Shown: in pieces, positions 1-14,399 of the stretch | Numbering within the stretch: the stretch's first letter is position 1 | How the letters are laid out: each line of letters opens with the position of its first letter | Assembly (NCBI GenBank): GCA_030141605.1 | Contig: JAQGDQ010000027.1 | Coordinates: 372,001 to 436,000, forward strand | Direction of reading: 5' to 3' | DNA length: 64,000 nt | DNA from: Tubiluchus corallicola | Lineage: Eukaryota > Animalia > Priapulida | The notes under the pieces: generated by a model | Seen by the model: only the letters and a program-made list of their open reading frames with translations | Database searches by the model: none | Told to the model about the DNA's origin: nothing | Position numbers and translations under genes: made by a program

Positions 1-364
1 ATGAGTTGTCTAGCAAGTCTACTTTCTTGTAATAGCATTTAGTTATTGCCTTGTTGGAGTGTAAAGGCTGTTAATTACGTGATTAATATCTAAAAGGCAC
101 AAAATTGAAATTTATTTAGCATTAACAACAATAGAGATGAAAATCTTAGATTGTATATAATTGGTAGTCATAATTTGTATTGCATAAAGAAACCTCTCTA
201 GAGCTCACATTAGTGTCCTAATAATTTTATTTTAATTGTGAATTTCACCATTAATGGTGTATGGTATACTTTACAAGGAGTTTTCCCTTTTTGCAGCACT
301 CCTATAGTGCTGGTATTTATAATGGTGTTTGACAAATATTATAGTGGCATTGTTTTAAAAATAG

Positions 365-3300
365 GATTCCTGAAGAACGAGTTATGCCCTTTGGCATGAA
401 AGATAATTTTTGGGAAATGGGAGAAACCGGTCCTTGTGGGCCTTGTAGTGAAATTCACTTTGATCGTGTTGGAAACCGAGATGCATCCAGTCTGGTTAAC
501 ATGGATGTACCAGATGTATTGGAAATTTGGAATCTTGTCTTTATCCAGTACAACAGGTATTAAATCTCATTCTCTTTTCTTAATGTCAGCTCTTCATGTG
601 CAGATGTGTTTTCGGAGTCGCATTCTTGATGCGTAGACAGAATTATCACAAACTCTAAGAGAAGTTCTTAGTTTTCGCTACATTAGATCTATTCATGATA
701 AAATCAGCTTGTGACTTATAAGTGAATGAATTTACTTTAACCAATGGTTACACTGTCATCATATCATCGTGCTAGTTGACATTATCATTATCAGTGTCAT
801 CTCAATCATTATTGTCCTTGTTGTCATAAGTATAACCATCACTCGAGTATCAGCAGCAAGAAGAACAACATTAGCAGAAATATAGATGAAGTAATGCTAC
901 AAATCCGTTGTTAACACACCTGAATTACAAACTGGCAGAGAATTAATGTAGATATTGGATTGTTATTTAAAACAGAGTTAAGTTAATCAGTTCTTCATGC
1001 CCTTTGCAGGTTGCTTTTGTCGCATGTAGAATAAAAACTGTTGCATACTGACTTTATAACTCAAGCATAAAACAAACATAGCATAATGCAACCGTAACGT
1101 AATATAACATATATTATGTTGGCCAAATTGCATTGAATTACGTAATGACAATTTATGATATTTAGCTAATTTTGAAGTTTAAGAAATGGAAAGCAGCAAT
1201 TTTGCTTTATTTTTAAGCGAAAAACAGATCGAAACATTTTTCATATATACTGGATTTGTTATTTTGCTAGGGAGACGGATGGATCACTTAATGCTCTTCC
1301 TAGGAAACATATTGACTGTGGAATGGGTTTAGAGCGAATTGTATCTGTTATACAGCAGAAACCTTCAAATTATGACACAGATCTTTTTCTACCAATTTTT
1401 GATGCTATAGAAAAGGTTAGATTTTCTTATAGCAAAGTTATCTAGAAACTAATTCAGAATGTGAAGTATTGGCTTTTTTAGTTTTTTGTACCCAACTGTC
1501 TAAATATGTCATTTTGTACGCCATTTATTGTTGTCGTGGAATCTGTTTCTTCATGAATATTCATTGCTGTTATTGTTGCTATGGAAACCATTTTATTGTT
1601 AAAGTTTGGAACACAGAGTAACTCTTTTGTGATATCACGATATAAAAACTGGCTAGAAACTCATTATATGAAGTGCAGTGAGAACAAAATAGGCGAAAGA
1701 GACAGCTGTATAGATTTACATTACGAGCGAGTAACAGTATTAAATTTTTGTGATGGGTCTGCTGTATGGTATTTACCAATGTTTGACGAGCACATTAATA
1801 TATGTAAAACTAATTTTCAAGCTTTTGTCTAATTTAAGTTTTTCTTGCTTTGTCTAATTTAAAAGTTTAACTAGAGATGGTTCTTGGCTTTCTCTTTTAA
1901 GTTAGTTTTGGGTATAACAGCTGATAAGCATTCTCTGTTTAGAATATTTTACAAGAAGATGACTGCAATATTTTTTTTTACACGTTTCTGAAAACTACGC
2001 TTTATTTTCATTTGATATGACATTTGCTGTTTATTCAGCTTAGTATTACATACTGTTTTTCAAAATACAGATTATTTATGTTATCGTCCAATTTAAGCAA
2101 AATTCAAACAACAAGTGCAGTTAACATTTGTGTAGAGTCCCTTGTGTTTGATTGCCTAATTGTTCAGCACAGAAGATTAGAAGGTTAAAAAAATTATTGA
2201 GAAATCCAGCTTTAAGCCAGACTTGAATCTGGAACTTTCGCACTCGTACTTTAATTACCTTAGCATCAAACCTCTAATGACTTGGTTCTCACTGCTTTTT
2301 TCTTGTCTCTTTGTGATTTGGCTGTTTCTACGTTTGGACATGAGATTTGAGCCCAACAATTTTCTAAATCGTTTTTTCCGTGCCTCTATTTTGGACTAAT
2401 GTGAATAAATGAAATGTTGCTGAATTTTGAAACCAAACCAAGAAAGGTAATGTGGAAAGTCGGGACATAGCCTGTAATTGATTTGGTATTACTATTGACA
2501 GGACACAGGTGTACGTTCATACATGGGGCGTGTTGGCGAGGAAGATGTTGATGGTATTGACATGGCCTACAGAGTTGTAGCTGATCATGCCAGAACATTA
2601 ACTATTGCTCTCAGTGATGGCGGTAGACCGGATAACGTTGGCCGAGGGTAAAACTATTGGTTTAGTAAAGAATTAATGTAATTATGTTTATTTACTGAAG
2701 TATCTAAATGTACGCATGTTTTTTTGATATATAAATTGTATTTCATGATTTATTGCTTATATTGTTTGTTGATTAAATATTTTTTCCATTTGTATTTCAC
2801 GTGTGTGACGTCTGATATTTTAAATCATTATAGAAAGGAAATGACTGGCATTGCAATTAGAAAAGTATTGGAATATTTTTAATTTCATGGTAATCAGATG
2901 GAGCGCATCATTGTAGGTATGTGTTGCGGAGAATATTACGACGTGCTGTTCGATATGCTACTGAAAAACTCAATGCTAAGCCTGGATTCTTTGCAAGCTT
3001 AGTTGACGTGGTGGTGCAAATTCTGGTAAGTCTTACTTGTAAAAGCTTCAGCATATACTTACTTGTGTTGTAAACCTAATTTAGCAAGAATTGTGCTTTA
3101 TTAAATTTTAAAGCACAAAAAACACTCTTCCGTAAATAAAGCTTGAAAAATTCGTCTTTAATTCTTATATTACTTAAATGCAGTCTTATTAAGCACAGAG
3201 CTTACATTAGCAGTAAGACTGAATAAAACTTGTAAATTTGAACTCCTGCAATGGCTTTTAGTCAGAGCCATTTTGAAGGTAAGTCGTTTGGAATAAGTTT

Positions 3301-6300
3301 AGGTAATATCGCATAAAGTTTGAAAAAATAATCAGAGCATTCGTAGCATCTGCTTCGTTAACTAACAATAAGTCTAAATTACTTTTATTGTCAATAATAT
3401 TAACAATGTGTTTTTCTTATGGGTGAGCAGAGCACAATGAAATAGCGATACAGTGCTATTTTACTAGGTAGTGCGATTATTTTAAATTATTAAGAATTTT
3501 TTTCTAATTACATATGTCTTTCAAACAGGTAAACGTAATGCAAAGTGTAATATGTAGCTGTGTGTGGGAAGTTTTTTGGATGTAGTTTAAAATGCTCTTT
3601 TCTTCCTCTTTAGCTGTTTCGAAAAAGGTTTGTGTATTTTAGGGAAGAGTATAGGTTTACGTGATGTGTTTTTGTATTTTTGCAATACTTTTTGTGCTCA
3701 ATTAGCATTAACTGCTAAAATGCTTGATGAACATTTGCAGGGTAGTTGCTTTCCAGAAGTCACGAAAGACCCAGAATTGGTAAGTTGGGTTGTTTTAAAT
3801 ATTTTTACAGTTATTTGAAATGAAGCATTTTTTTGAGACGATTACCATCTTACGTAATTTTTGGGATTAGTACAAGTCAAAATGAACTTATAAACTGCAG
3901 AACACACTTAGAAGAATTTACTGAAGTGATACGAGTGACTTATAACCTCTACCTTTTTGTTAACTTTGTTACTATGTTTTGTTAATTATGTATTGGTAAG
4001 CAAGTGATAGCAAGAAACACGTAAAATCGCGAATTTGTCTAACATGTTTGAACATCATGTAATTACAACTTTAGCATACTGTTTGATGAACAGTATTTGG
4101 TAAAAGTATATTGCTTGCCTCTCAGAACCTGCTGATTTTTTGAATGATACTGATTGTGTTGATTTTTGTACATGCAGGTGAAAGCTATTATTAATGATGA
4201 GGAAACACAGTTTTTGAAAACCTTGCTTCGTGGTGAAAGAATGTTCCACCGTGCTGTTGGAAAGCTAGAACCTAGTGCAGCCGTTTTGTCAGGTATGTTT
4301 TCAATAATTTCTAATTTCTTTCTATTATAATTTGCACTTCAATTGATAAGATTGCTTCATAACAACCAATTAATACTAGGTTTTACGTTAAAATATGTTG
4401 TGCACATAAGTGTGTTATATAAAACGTTACGAACAATGTTGTGCAGAGAAAGAGTAGATAACCACAAATTTGCTACATGTTTGGGTAGATGGAGAGTACT
4501 GTACGTACTGTGTGGATTATGTTTACAGGTATACGCATGAAATTAAACTATTGGAATTATACTTGTGCTTACTATGACGCTATATATATATGGTATTGTT
4601 TTGTATGAAATATTTATGATAAATAGTCTAAAGCTTTTTGCTTGACTTTATATAGCTATTCTGTATAACGATTGTTGCATGAGACATGTTGTGAAACAGG
4701 TGACGTCGCATGGAGGTTGTATGATACGTATGGCTTTCCCGTGGATCTGACTACATTAATGGCCGAAGAAAAGGGACTTTCAATAAATATGGCTGAGTAT
4801 GAAGATTGCAAAAAGCATGCCCAGGTATCCATTAACTAGATTTCAATTTATAGTATCTGTTTTGGGACTTCAAATCCCATCAAGAGAAGATAAACAGGCC
4901 ACCTTATTTGGAAAAAACTAATGGAAGATGTTTAATTTAATCACTTAAATTTTTTGTTGTTTACTGAATATTATAAATACTACATGAATTCTTGCAGTTT
5001 GCATGTGCAATGAGCCAAATTATAACTGAAAAATTAGTCCACTAAGTATTTTCATCTGTTAGTACTGTTCGACTAATTAGTATGCATATTTGTCTATTTA
5101 GCACTCGAGTTGAAGGGTTAAACTAGCAGTTTAGTTGTCTTTATACCTGCTGGTTTAATGGATGTGCTACTGCTTGCCACTGTGGTTGAAATTTTTGCAC
5201 AAATAGCTTTATAAGTTCCTGGTAACGTAGTTTATATACGTAGAACAAGTGAAAATGTGTTGTGCAGCTAGCTGATGAGAAGTAATTAATTTATGACATC
5301 TAGACAGTGTATTTTAAATTAGATCATGTGAGATAAACGAGCACCTGCACATCACATGCTAGTCAGATGTCCCAATTTTATCACATGCCGTTGTTATAGC
5401 AGACTTGTCTATTGTAATTAGAGTGAACAGAAATAGTCTGTTATATCCAAAGTTACATATAATGAGGTCCTTTATAACGAGAGGGTTCACTGTACCAAGC
5501 ATTTCAGTTCGGCACTGCAAGCCAATTGGACAGTTTTGAGTTTATATGTCCGATTGTTCCTGTTTTCATGTATTACCTGTTTGAAAGGGAACATTATGTG
5601 CATATTTTTAAACTTCCTTACCTTCATGCATACCATTTAATAATGTTGCTTAATTTTTTTGATAAATGTGTGTTAAAGTGTATGTCACAAAGCTTATTTT
5701 CATCATGTTTACCTTGTTCACTGTTTAGGCAGCCAAATTATGAGTTAGACCTCAACCATATTTGTCATTTTTATAGCTGATTTCTCAAGGTACTGGAGGC
5801 GTTACTGATGATGCTATTGACTTGGATGTTCATGCCATTAGCAACTTACAGGATAGGGGCATCCCGTTAACTGATGATTCTGCTAAGTATAATTATACTT
5901 ATCACGGAGACGTGCCTAAAGATGCCACGTATGGTAATTACTTTAAGAGGCAGTAATTGTCATTGTTCAAGTGATAATAATAATAATAATAATAGCTTAA
6001 CAAAATAAACTGTTAATCGTTTAATCTTTGTGATTCAAGATTTCATTAATTTCAAAGCGATTATTAGATTTACTTCAGATACAATCATCATTCAAAGAGT
6101 TTTTCAGCTTTTTACTCTGTTATTATCATTGATTTTTATTCAGCTGTTAATGGGCTGAGAATCAAGTTTGATGTTGGTATGTTACAGATGTTCTTTAGAT
6201 TTTGGAGCAGTAGCATGTGCAACAGCGGAAGTTAGGTAACATGGGTCTGCTTAGTAAGTGCCAGTTTAGGCTGTCACCATAGACCTTGTTTTTGAGAATA

Positions 6301-7010
6301 ATCTAGGTGCTAGTCTTGCCACAACCATTCAACATTTGTAGCAACACCACTGTTAAACCTCACTGGCACTGTGGCTCAGTTTTTGTGTGTGTATCATAAT
6401 TGTCATAACATTTTACAATGCATGCTTTATGCTTATGTAGTTATTTTAATGTAGAGTTTGCAAGCTGTACGGGAACTGTTGTGGCTTTGCGCATGAACAA
6501 GGAGTTTGTGGAAGAGGTCACAAATCAAGAATGTGGTGTGCTTATGGATCGAACTTGCTTTTATGCTGAACAGGGTGGCCAGACATTTGACGAAGGGTTT
6601 ATGGTCAAGGAAGGTGATGAGGTAAATAACTTAAATTTAATGGTAATATGCTTACCTTTATATTAGAAAGTTTACAGGGGCTTAAGATAGTGTAGTAAAG
6701 AAGTTAAAGACGGACAAACTAGTTAACAGAAGTAGAAACTGGTGATATATCCACGCAACTAGAGGGCATGTTTGTGGTACAGAATAGAAAAATTGCTGTT
6801 TGCTGTTGTTAGACAAAAGCTGCAGTTAGTTAGTTCCAATTTTGCTACTTGGGTACTTTTTTGCTTTATCTTAATTTGTAAAAACACAAATTTCTTGCAG
6901 AAAGTGATAGTATAGTGCTATACAAATGTTCATAATATATGCTTTATGATAAGTTAATGTGTACATTTATGGACGACTACTAAAAATATAGACTTCTACA
7001 AGCTACACTG

Positions 7011-7044
<34 letters not shown>

Positions 7045-10000
7045 CCTCTCTTGCTCCTTTTTTCTCTTTTTTCTCTTTCCCTTCTACTCTCCTGCTTTCC
7101 CTTCGTTTTTGTCAATCTCTCTCTACCTGATATATGCATGGAGTGGCAAATCAATGACTGAAGAAGCATTTCAGATTTCCATTGTAGTATCCAGTTAATT
7201 AGAACTGATTATGTGTTTGCAACATGTTTGCCTATAAATGAATTTCAAATATTACGACAGTCAGTTTTTTTCCAGGTTTGCTAATTTTTCGTTCTAGGAA
7301 ACAGAGTTTGCTGTTAAGAATGCGCAAGTGCGAGGTGGTTACATTATACATATTGGCAGCTTAGAAGGAACAGTACATGTGGGAGATAAGATGAAATTAC
7401 AAATAGACCAGGTAAGACAGGAGTCCCTTCTAGGATGTCTCTGAGCAGTCTACAGGTTTTACACTGCGTATGCACTGTGGCCAAGAGGTACATGGACTGT
7501 AAACAACATGCTATGAACAATGAAGCTTATATACCATGAAGCGACTGCCTGTGAAGTTTTTGTTCACCATTAGACTTACGCATCAACTGAATACTGCACA
7601 CACAAAGAATAAAACGTGTTTAACTTACGTTTTTACTGTAGCAATTTGACTACACTTATGTATAGCAGACAATGGTGTATTATAACCAGTGGTGCAGCTA
7701 AATTACTGTTATATCCAACAAGCAATGTCAGGCACATTTAACCATATTGAATAATAATTAATGAATCACAAATGGTTAGAGCTGTTATAATTGTACCTCC
7801 TTAGAAGAATTGTGCAATAGAGGTTTTGTGTTGTTCCTATACTGCCGAATTATAACTTGCATTTTAGCCAATCAGAAGTGTAGAATTTTTCATTATATTA
7901 GACAAACTTGAACAACATTTTCCCTCACAGTGTTAGCTGGCTATCTGAATATCTTATTTTTACAGGATCGTAGGAAATTGATAATGAACAATCACACGGG
8001 TACTCACATTCTCAACTTTGCTCTGAGAAAAGTATTAGGTGAAGCTGATCAACGGGGTTCCCTGGTTGCACCCGATCGTCTTCGCTTTGATTTTTCTGCT
8101 AAGGTTTGATTGATTTGATTTATAGTAGCATTTAAATAGAAGTAGTAATATGTTTCTGGAATTGATATCATTGTACTAGCATCAGGATGCAAATGAGATG
8201 CTGAGTTTTAAAAGGCATGACTGACAAAGAGAAAAGAAAGAGAAGTTTGAGGGAAGAGAGAAAGAAAGAGATAGAACAACAAATAAACATTTCTCATGTT
8301 TGGAAATTCCTCAGAACAGCTAGAATAGAAATAAGCATCTCACCTTTTGCCAATGATCAGATTAAGATTTGATATAGCACCAACAAAGAAAAAGAAAAAA
8401 ACACACGTAATAATACCAATTTAAAAACCAAAACTGTCAAAATGTACATATAGGCAACATAAATAATGATATCAAAATCTAAACTATAGAAGCTACAGTA
8501 TATTTAATTTACTTTAATTAACCAAAAATCATTTATCTATCTCAAAGTGTTCTTATTTGCTATAAGATCAATCTTGAATGACTATCACATGTAGTTATTT
8601 AACATTTAACAAATTTATTTAAAATGCATCATACAAATGGAGGTTCACTTATGGCGTTACGTACAAGTGCTTAACTTGTGCCGTTTTACTACTTTAGCAC
8701 TAATGCAGAACAATAAGTTTTATAGAATTGCACATCTGCATAATTCTGTTACTTTGCATTCTGGAAAAACATTGTACGCTATATAGTTCACACGTTTAAT
8801 GCTACTCAAATAATTTATCAGATATTAGTCACATTTTTAAGCTTAAAATTAGCATTTATTGGAGTGGGCATGTGGATTCGTTTCTTTCAATGTGCTTTTT
8901 CCTGTGCTTTTTCTGTCCTCTTATGCTACTTTGAAAGATATTACTTAATTATAGGCTGGAATGAAAGTGGAAGAGGTCAAAAGTGCAGAGCAACATGCAC
9001 AAACCATGATCGAGAAAAATGAAGAGGTTTATGCGAAAGATTCTCCACTAGTCTTAGCAAAGGCCATACAGGGCCTAAGAGCTGTTTTTGATGAGGTAAG
9101 GTGATACTCACACATTAATTTCAATGAACTTTTTTTGTGTTTTTGTCTTTTATTTTAGTAATTAATAGAAAAATTATATGGTTTGTCAATGCCATGTGTT
9201 GTCAGTAGATATTAGTAAATATATTTCTGTTTATTTGTGTGCTTTGCCTTTGCAATGCATTGTATAATGCAAGTGCTATGGATCATTAAAGTGATAACAA
9301 CTGCTACGTAATACTATATATAGATGATAAGAGCAGAAATGTTTATGTTTATATGATTAGTTATTATCATAGTTTTTAAACTGGAGTTGGATTTGAACTA
9401 GGAACTACTGAATTACAAATCTGTGCCATCACTGTTAGACTACTCAGCCTCTTACTGTCGTAGGAGCTCTCAATTCAATTCTTAATGTATGTCACCAAAG
9501 ATAACCGACAAGCCCAATACAGTAGGCGCCACTTAATAGACTCACTTTGGGACCGAAGTGTTTTGACCCAATTAACCGACTGAACCTATTAACCGATTGG
9601 TGTAGTATTACTGGTATAGAAGTATGAGTCACCAGCTTACTATGCACTGCAAAGGTTTTCATGAATTTTAGAAATGAAATCAAGCAGCTGAAAATTAAAA
9701 AAATATATTTTGAAATATTAATTTATACAAATGAATTAGCAATAAGTTGAAAAGTATACTTATCTAAATCACACAAGACTGTATATTTACAAAAAATACG
9801 AAAATTCCTTCAAACTCAGCTGCTTCATTTCATTGTTTGCCTGCAGTTTTGCCTAAGCTTCTGCTTGTTATTGTGACATGGTTACAAACAAAACGGTACT
9901 TAACATGATTGTTTCTATGTATATTATAGGACAAAAGCGAATTAAGATGATGTAAAAGTCATAAAAGCTTATTAGTTTGTCTTAAATGCCAAAGTGTCTT

Positions 10001-13000
10001 AATGAAGCATGTGAAGGAAAAATATTGATTCAATTATGCAGAGTTATTTGAGGCAATTACCGACAGTTTTTATGTACATTAGAATAGAAGTGGCCTGCAC
10101 CAGGCATTTTTGAGTCAATTAAACAATTGTCTATTAATGGTAAGCGGCAGCTACGGTATTTCGAAATGCTAATACATTGTGTTTTTTACAATACCTATGC
10201 ACAGTGAGTTCAGTAACACTTAGCACTTCCAGTAATCTCCAAAATCCAATGTTAAAAAACTCATTGTTAAATGGGGAAAGGGGTGTATAAAAGTTCATTT
10301 TCATCAAGACTAATTCATTCTAAACGGTTCACCTCTTAGTGAAAGCTTACTGTACTGTTATTTCTGAGACTAAAATGTTTTTTCCAGACTTATCCTGATC
10401 CAGTTCGAGTAGTATCTATTGGTATAGCTGTGGAAAAATTGGAAAGTGATCCGAATGGTCCTGCTGGATCAATTACATCAGTAGAATTCTGTGGTGGAAC
10501 GTTAGTATCGCATGAAATTGTTTGCTTTTAGTAATAATGCATACTGTAACACTTTAAGTAATATTGTGGAAGTACTGATGTTCCTTCCTTCTACTTGCCT
10601 TCTAGTACAAATTTTGCTGTTTTTAAGATTTTCAAGCTGAAGGATGCAGACAGTTTTAAACAGCCATTTCCACTTTATGAAAAGCAAATTAATTTTTAAT
10701 TTAAATAAGCAAAGAAGCAGAAATGATTTTCCTTACCATCGACATCAACAACAATATGTGCCCTGGCTGCATTAGCCGACATTAACTTCACACAAAGCAA
10801 ATCAAACCAGTTTTTTGAAACTCAAAATGCAATAGTGTCAAAAGTTGTCTGCATAAATATTTCAAGTATAAATGTGTAAATAAATATAATATTAGTTTAA
10901 TAATAATAGTTTGTTATCCACAATTTACATACATGTTGAACAACAATGACAATATGTAACAATATCTAAGTCTTAAAAAACCAGGTATGTACGTGGGTAC
11001 ATGTGTAAAGCACCCCAGTATGCGGAGAAAAGAAGAAATAGTACAAAAAATGCCGAAAGTACAAACAAGGAGATTGGTAAAGATAGTCAGAGTGACACAG
11101 AGTTGAAAACAGTATTGTGAAACAGTCTAGTTTAAATTGCGCATTAAAGAGTAAGTAATCAGAGAAAATCGAGTTTACAAAGCTACAACAAAGCACTAAA
11201 GAATGCCGAATAAGCAAGCATAATTATTAGTAATTTTGAAAAATATTTTGTTTCAATTTTCTTTTGAATATAAAAATTGATCCTAAAAGTTTAATATATC
11301 ATCATTTTTATTTTATTTTTGTCCAAGTCATAATATGAAAATTATTCTTTAACAAATGCTGTCATTTTGCACTTTGTATTTTGTAGTCAGTTTTTAATAG
11401 ATCAATTCTAGGTAATTTTCATGTAGACAAGCTTTTATTTACGTGCTGTATATAAACTCCGCTATTTCAAAATGTTGTCAGTGCCTGATTTTGGACTTAA
11501 TTTAATGATATTAAAAAATAATTTTTCATATTTTCAGCCATCTACGAAGGAGTGGACATGTTGGAGATTTCATTATCGCATCTGAGGAAGCTATTGCTAA
11601 AGGAATTAGAAGAGTAGTTTGTCTGACTGGATCTGAAGCCACTAGGGTAAAAATTTTAATTGTATTTTATTGTTGATCCATTGCATTTAAATTTTAAGTT
11701 ACAAAATGCTAAATACCATGTCTTCAAACATTTGGACTGCAGCCTGCAGTCATTTTGTGTGATGGACTACACAAACAAAAAACCAGTTTCGTAGGCAGAG
11801 CCTACAGTATAGAAATTATTCACTACATTTTGGTTTCCTTGTAAATACATAATTAGTGAATAATTTCTGTACTGTAGGCTCTGCCTAGAAAACTGGTTAT
11901 TTGTCTGTGTAGTCTATCTCTGATGCAGACTGCAGTCCAGATGTTTGGAGACATGTTTTTTTACCATTTTGTAACTTAAAGTTTTAAGAGAAGTTGTTTT
12001 CTTATTATAATTTAAATTGTCTTTCTCTGTGCGTACAACATTGATACGAAAAAACCATGGTGTTAGTATTTTTTATGGTGCCTCATACGTTGTTTTGTAG
12101 GCGATACATCATGCAGAATTACTGGAAAGTCAATTAGAACGAATCAGGAAAGAATTGCAGGAAAACTGTAAGACATATGAGCAGCAAAAGAGCGTGGTTA
12201 AACAGATTCTTGACTTAACAGATGTAAGCTGATCTCTTAGGTTTTTTATTTGTAACCATGGATAACTTAACTAGAATAAGTACTTTGGTACAATTTTTCC
12301 TCCCTCGCATGTAAAGGAGAGAAAAATGTTCCACCAGCAGAACATTTACACGGTGGAAATATCCAACAAATCTAGTTTCTTATTTTGATTTAAAAATATG
12401 ACAATTTCAATGAAAAATGAAAAATTCTTCTTGCTAATCTATGAGTGTAATTTTACAGGACATTTCAAAGTCTACAATACAGGCATGGAGGAAGGAAGAA
12501 ATGCGAACGTCGTTAAAAAAGCTAAAAAAGCAACTAGATGATCTGGACAAAGCTGCAAAGGCAGCTGTGTTACAATCGGTGAGTACTTTTTTAACTATGT
12601 GATGCAATACTTCAGTGCCTAAAAAACTGCAGTGCAGTCATTAGTATTTTGAATAAGTGCATTAGCATTTTCTTGACTTTTAGGTGGTTGAAGAAGCAAA
12701 AAAGCTCATTGAAATGAATCCTGATGAGAAGATTGTCATACATCAATTTAATGCTGGCACTAATGCCAAGGTAATTTGTCTGAGCATTGTCGACTTGTCT
12801 ACTAACCATTAGTAAAAAGGCTCTGTGTTTATTTCCTTGTGATCGGGTGGTCAATACTAAACGTTTGTGCTGTAATAAGGCATTGATAGCAGTGACAGAT
12901 GGGCTCACAGTTATTAAATTTTGAAACCAAATTTGTCAGAAAAAAGAAAATGTAAAAAAGATGGAGCAGAGCCTGGATTTGAACCAGGAACAATTCGTTT

Positions 13001-14399
13001 ACAATGTAAATTTTTAAATGGTGAACTTAAAATTTTTATTTTTAGGCACTAGATGGAGCTGTGAAACAATTCAAAAGCCTTTCCCCTGGCACAGCTGTTA
13101 TATTCTTTAGTGCAGACAACGATGCTGGAAAAGTGCTATGCATGAGTTGTGTACCTAAAGTACGTGTAACTTCACCCTTTTGTTTGATAAAAAAAAGTTT
13201 ATTTATCCAGTTTAGTAGACAAGAATCATCATTGACGCTTTACTAAAAGCACTGGTCATTCATACTTCATTTTCCTATCTAGCTGTTAAAAGAGAACATG
13301 AGATCAACAGTACTTTAAAGTTTTCTACTCTTGTCTGTGGTGGAGTATATAACTGCAAGCAGTTTTGTGCAATATGGAAAACCTTATAGCTGTCACAGTA
13401 AAATACAGACTAACATGACTGGTATTCCCTTTACAAGAAATGTGGTTTGAACTGCATAAACTATACGATTTGATATATTTTTGATAGTTGTGTGTTTGGG
13501 TAATCGAAGTTAAGCATTTAGAGCCTAGTGTGTATGTGGGTGTGTGAGTGCGGCATTCAGTCTCACTGGTACCTTTCCCTAAACTGGTTTTGGCAATGAG
13601 GAATACTGCTTCATCTTAAGAAAGGCTGCACATATCCGCTACTGGTACAGTCTGATCTCAGAGGAGTATCTTTAATAGGAGAGATAAGTATCGGTCCTAC
13701 CTCAGCCATCTACATTGCAAAAGTCCTTGCGGAACAAGTCAGTGAGCCAATATTGAATAATATATCACCCATTAAAATTGAAAGTGTCACAGGGAGGGCA
13801 CTTTTCTGTGTTTTGATAGGGGTTTCAATTTGAAGAGTGCTGCATATTGCTGCTTACACTGAGGAGGGAACCCATAATGGTGCTGCAAAATATCTGTTTA
13901 TTAGAGAATAAAAACATAAATTAACAAGTATGTATAAACTATTAGAATACTAAAATGTCCCCATGGTTTTAATGTAGTTGGTTTCAGTATTATTTTCTTC
14001 ACTTGCGTGAAGGAAACCACAAACGTCCATACTAGCAGTGACATAATAACTATTATCCAAATGTTTTGATGACAACATTCGTCCTTGTCCAAGGTCATCA
14101 AAGTGTCAGAACACAAAATAAATTAATCATTATGTTATTGCTAACATAGACACCTGTGTTTTCTTTCTATAGTGAATGGAGATATCATGACTTTGTAATT
14201 CATACTATAATCTTTGTTTTAGGACATTGCTATGCAAGGTCTCAAGGCTAACGAATGGGTAACTTATGCTAGCTCCGTGTTGAATGGAAAGGGTGGCGGA
14301 AAAGAACTTGCTGCACAGTCCACTGGCACAAACATTGCTGCTTTGTCAGAAGCCATTAGTTTAGCGCGCAAGTTTGCAAAACTCAAACTGGGAACGTGA
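365..14399 (+). CDS. AARS1: Cytosolic alanyl-tRNA synthetase, 5'-partial, 19 exons
   Basis: GT-AG exons that join in frame: 365-556, 1271-1415, 2502-2647, 2917-3025, 3741-3779, 4178-4292, 4700-4824, 5777-5933, 6455-6621, 7298-7411, 7966-8103, 8955-9095, 10388-10500, 11538-11646, 12101-12223, 12459-12578, 12684-12770, 13046-13159, 14223-14399 (TGA). Motifs: [64 protein letters not shown], editing-domain NHTGTH and EFCGGTH, C-terminal GKGGGK. N-terminal exons lie upstream of the window. Confidence 0.97.
3108..3612. mobile_element. Degenerate copy of the TTAA-flanked non-autonomous DNA transposon at 29794-30482
   Basis: Shares ttaaagcacaa(a/g)aa.., agccattttga and aaagtttgaaaaa.taatcaga.cattcgta in the same order with the 29.8-30.5 kb copy; lies in an AARS intron; right end approximate. 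Confidence 0.5.
7010..7050. repeat. (CT)n microsatellite
   Basis: Directly visible tctctc run in an AARS intron. Confidence 0.9.
9381..9449 (-). mobile_element. tRNA-derived SINE head remnant
   Basis: Reverse complement GGCTGAGTAGTCTAACAGTG...GATTTGTAATTC..GTTCCTAGTTCAAATCC has A-box-like and B-box-like (GTTCAAATCC) elements; related pieces near 2213-2290 and 12965-13005. Stems do not pair well enough for a tRNA. Confidence 0.4.
11691..11982. mobile_element. Foldback/MITE-like long inverted repeat in an AARS intron
   Basis: Arms of about 130 bp, e.g. taggcagagcctacagtatagaaattattcacta versus tagtgaataatttctgtactgtaggctctgccta, and ttaagttacaaaatg versus cattttgtaacttaa. Confidence 0.8.

Noticed and set aside
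9381-9449. Functional tRNA gene
   Set aside because: Acceptor and T stems do not pair; better explained as a SINE remnant.
13500-13900. Nested gene in the last AARS intron (GC-richer segment)
   Set aside because: No sustained reading frame found; probably an old transposon remnant that I cannot classify by eye.
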